DNA from: Pirellulales bacterium
GTDB taxonomy: Bacteria; Planctomycetota; Planctomycetia; Pirellulales; PALSA-1355
NCBI GenBank assembly: GCA_963733035.1
Contig: CAVTBU010000005.1
Location: 2,240,001-2,304,000, forward strand
Length of the DNA: 64,000 bases
Direction of reading: 5' to 3'
Under the pieces are notes generated by a model that worked only from the letters and a program-made list of their open reading frames with translations, made no database searches and was not told the origin of the DNA. The translations under genes and the position numbers were made by a program. The stretch's first letter is position 1. Each line of letters begins with the position of its first letter. Of this stretch, positions 62,831-64,000 are shown one piece after another.

Positions 62831-63550
62831 ATGTTCGATCAGATTGAGAATCTCAAACAGCAGTACACCGATAAGTACGTTCTCGTGGACGAGAACGTTC
62901 CGGAACTCGCGCGCTTCGGAGGGCACGTGGGCCAGGTCAAAACCGTGAACATGAACGGTCGCGCCCTGGTGCAATTCGACACCTGGAACAACATCGGTTG
63001 GTACGACATCGATCTCGGTTGTCTGCGAGTCGTGCCCAAGCCCGAGCCGGGAACGGCCGAGGCCAAAAAACCCGCTGCCAAAAACGAAACGCCGCGACCG
63101 GCCGCCAAAGCTGCCACGACCACAGGTGAAAAAAAGCTATCGCCGCTGGAGATGGCGCGAATGCAAGGCGCCGCCAAACCGGCCGGTGCGGCGCCAGCTG
63201 CCGGCGGCGCCAAGAAATCAACATCGGACATCCTCGCCGCGGCCCGCGCTGCCAAGGGAGGCACGCCCGCTGCTGCCAAGTCGGCGGCACCCGCGGCGAA
63301 AGAAAAACCCGCCGCCCCCACCGGCAAAATGAGCACCGCCGACATCCTCGCCGCCGCGCGAGCCAAAAAGGCCGCCGAGTCACAGCCGCCCGAGGCGGCG
63401 GAAGCCGAGCCGGCTCAAAGCGTCGCCGAAGCCGATGCGCCGGCCGCCCAGGAGGTTGCCAAACCTGCCAGCACGACAACCTTCACACCGGGTCAGCGTC
63501 CCAGCGTGCCAGAGATTCTCGCCTGGTGCCGAGAGCACGACACGAAGTAA
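62831..63550 (+). CDS. Hypothetical protein: small beta-rich (SH3-like) N-terminal domain and Ala/Lys/Pro-rich tail with repeated helical motifs
   Basis: YTDKYVLVD...GQVKTVNMNGRALVQFD...WYDI; tail motifs S..DILAAAR twice and SVPEILAWCR. Confidence 0.7.
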   Translation: MFDQIENLKQQYTDKYVLVDENVPELARFGGHVGQVKTVNMNGRALVQFDTWNNIGWYDIDLGCLRVVPKPEPGTAEAKKPAAKNETPRPAAKAATTTGEKKLSPLEMARMQGAAKPAGAAPAAGGAKKSTSDILAAARAAKGGTPAAAKSAAPAAKEKPAAPTGKMSTADILAAARAKKAAESQPPEAAEAEPAQSVAEADAPAAQEVAKPASTTTFTPGQRPSVPEILAWCREHDTK

Positions 63551-63615
63551 GCTTTCCCCCGCTCCGGCGGCGACGCCGGGCATAGACGCCCTACTTCCAC
63601 GGATGGTGAGCCGTC

Positions 63616-64000
63616 ATGCTCAGCGACGAGGTTCGCGCGCGAATCGCCCGGCTCAAAGCGCCCGATTCTCGCGCCCTCCCGGCACCGACGCGCCCACTCC
63701 TGCACGTGGTACCCACTACGCAGGTAATCGCGCCGCCGGATTTGGCATCTGCCGAGCTCTGTCAGAATAGCTCGGGCGAGCACCTGCGATTTCGCCAACC
63801 TCTCTCCGAGTTGTGGCCTGCGGCCGAGGAAATCACCTTACGCGCAACCCATACCCTACGGTCAGCGCCCCCTGCGACAGGTCATCCGGAACTAACCGCC
63901 GTCGCAGAACACTTTCCGACAGGCACGCTGTTTCTCGATTTGGAGACGTGTGGTTTCGCCGGCGCCGGTTTTTTTGGCGGGCGTCGTTTGGCACTCGGGC
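63616..64000 (+). CDS. RNase H-like exonuclease (YprB/MrfB-like), 5' part; runs off the right edge
   Basis: Not in the ORF track. Open from ATG 63616: MLSDEVRARIARL...TLFLDLETCGFAG; a probable frameshift near 63965 restores PVFLAGVVW. Confidence 0.72.
   Translation, partial: MLSDEVRARIARLKAPDSRALPAPTRPLLHVVPTTQVIAPPDLASAELCQNSSGEHLRFRQPLSELWPAAEEITLRATHTLRSAPPATGHPELTAVAEHFPTGTLFLDLETCGFAGAGFFGGRRLALG

Noticed and set aside
16051..63970. Frameshifted genes as true pseudogenes or programmed frameshifts
   Set aside because: No in-frame decay, catalytic motifs intact, housekeeping genes affected and a shared GCGC context; best explained as sequencing error.
1..64000. CRISPR array, rRNA, tRNA, transposase, integrase or prophage
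   Set aside because: No regularly spaced repeats, RNA gene signatures or mobile-element motifs were seen by eye.

Overview
High-GC bacterial chromosomal window, almost certainly from a planctomycete (Pirellulales-like), judged from a DUF1549 protein, a planctomycete-type DapL, a PEP-CTERM lectin and a BlaI/M56 pair. It is mostly core and metabolic: scpA, transporters (SSS, two MFS, HpnN-like MMPL), hemW, mnmA, floA, a DUF1998 repair helicase, pstSCABB-phoU, a divergent beta-oxidation cluster carrying a haloalkane dehalogenase, nadA, dapL and a FixLJ-like two-component pair. I saw no rRNA, tRNA, CRISPR array, transposase or integrase. About 12 small frameshifts interrupt otherwise intact genes, nearly all at or beside GCGC. 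They look like systematic sequencing errors, possibly caused by methylation, rather than pseudogenes. The most interesting loci are: (1) a self-contained sigma54 module with a sensor-less activator, two CAC-N7-GTG enhancer-like palindromes, a -24/-12 promoter, a stand-alone pseudo-receiver, a small basic protein and a branched 3' RNA structure; (2) a BlaI repressor with two operators, and a BlaR1/M56 protein whose extracytoplasmic part carries three Wza-like Poly_export domains, flanked by REP-like hairpins; (3) a Pst system with a PstA bearing two DUF1565-like N-terminal motifs and a complementary-degenerate PstB pair; (4) a DUF2089 regulator paired with a membrane-anchored TPR protein. All family calls come from reading motifs by eye; no database searches were run.
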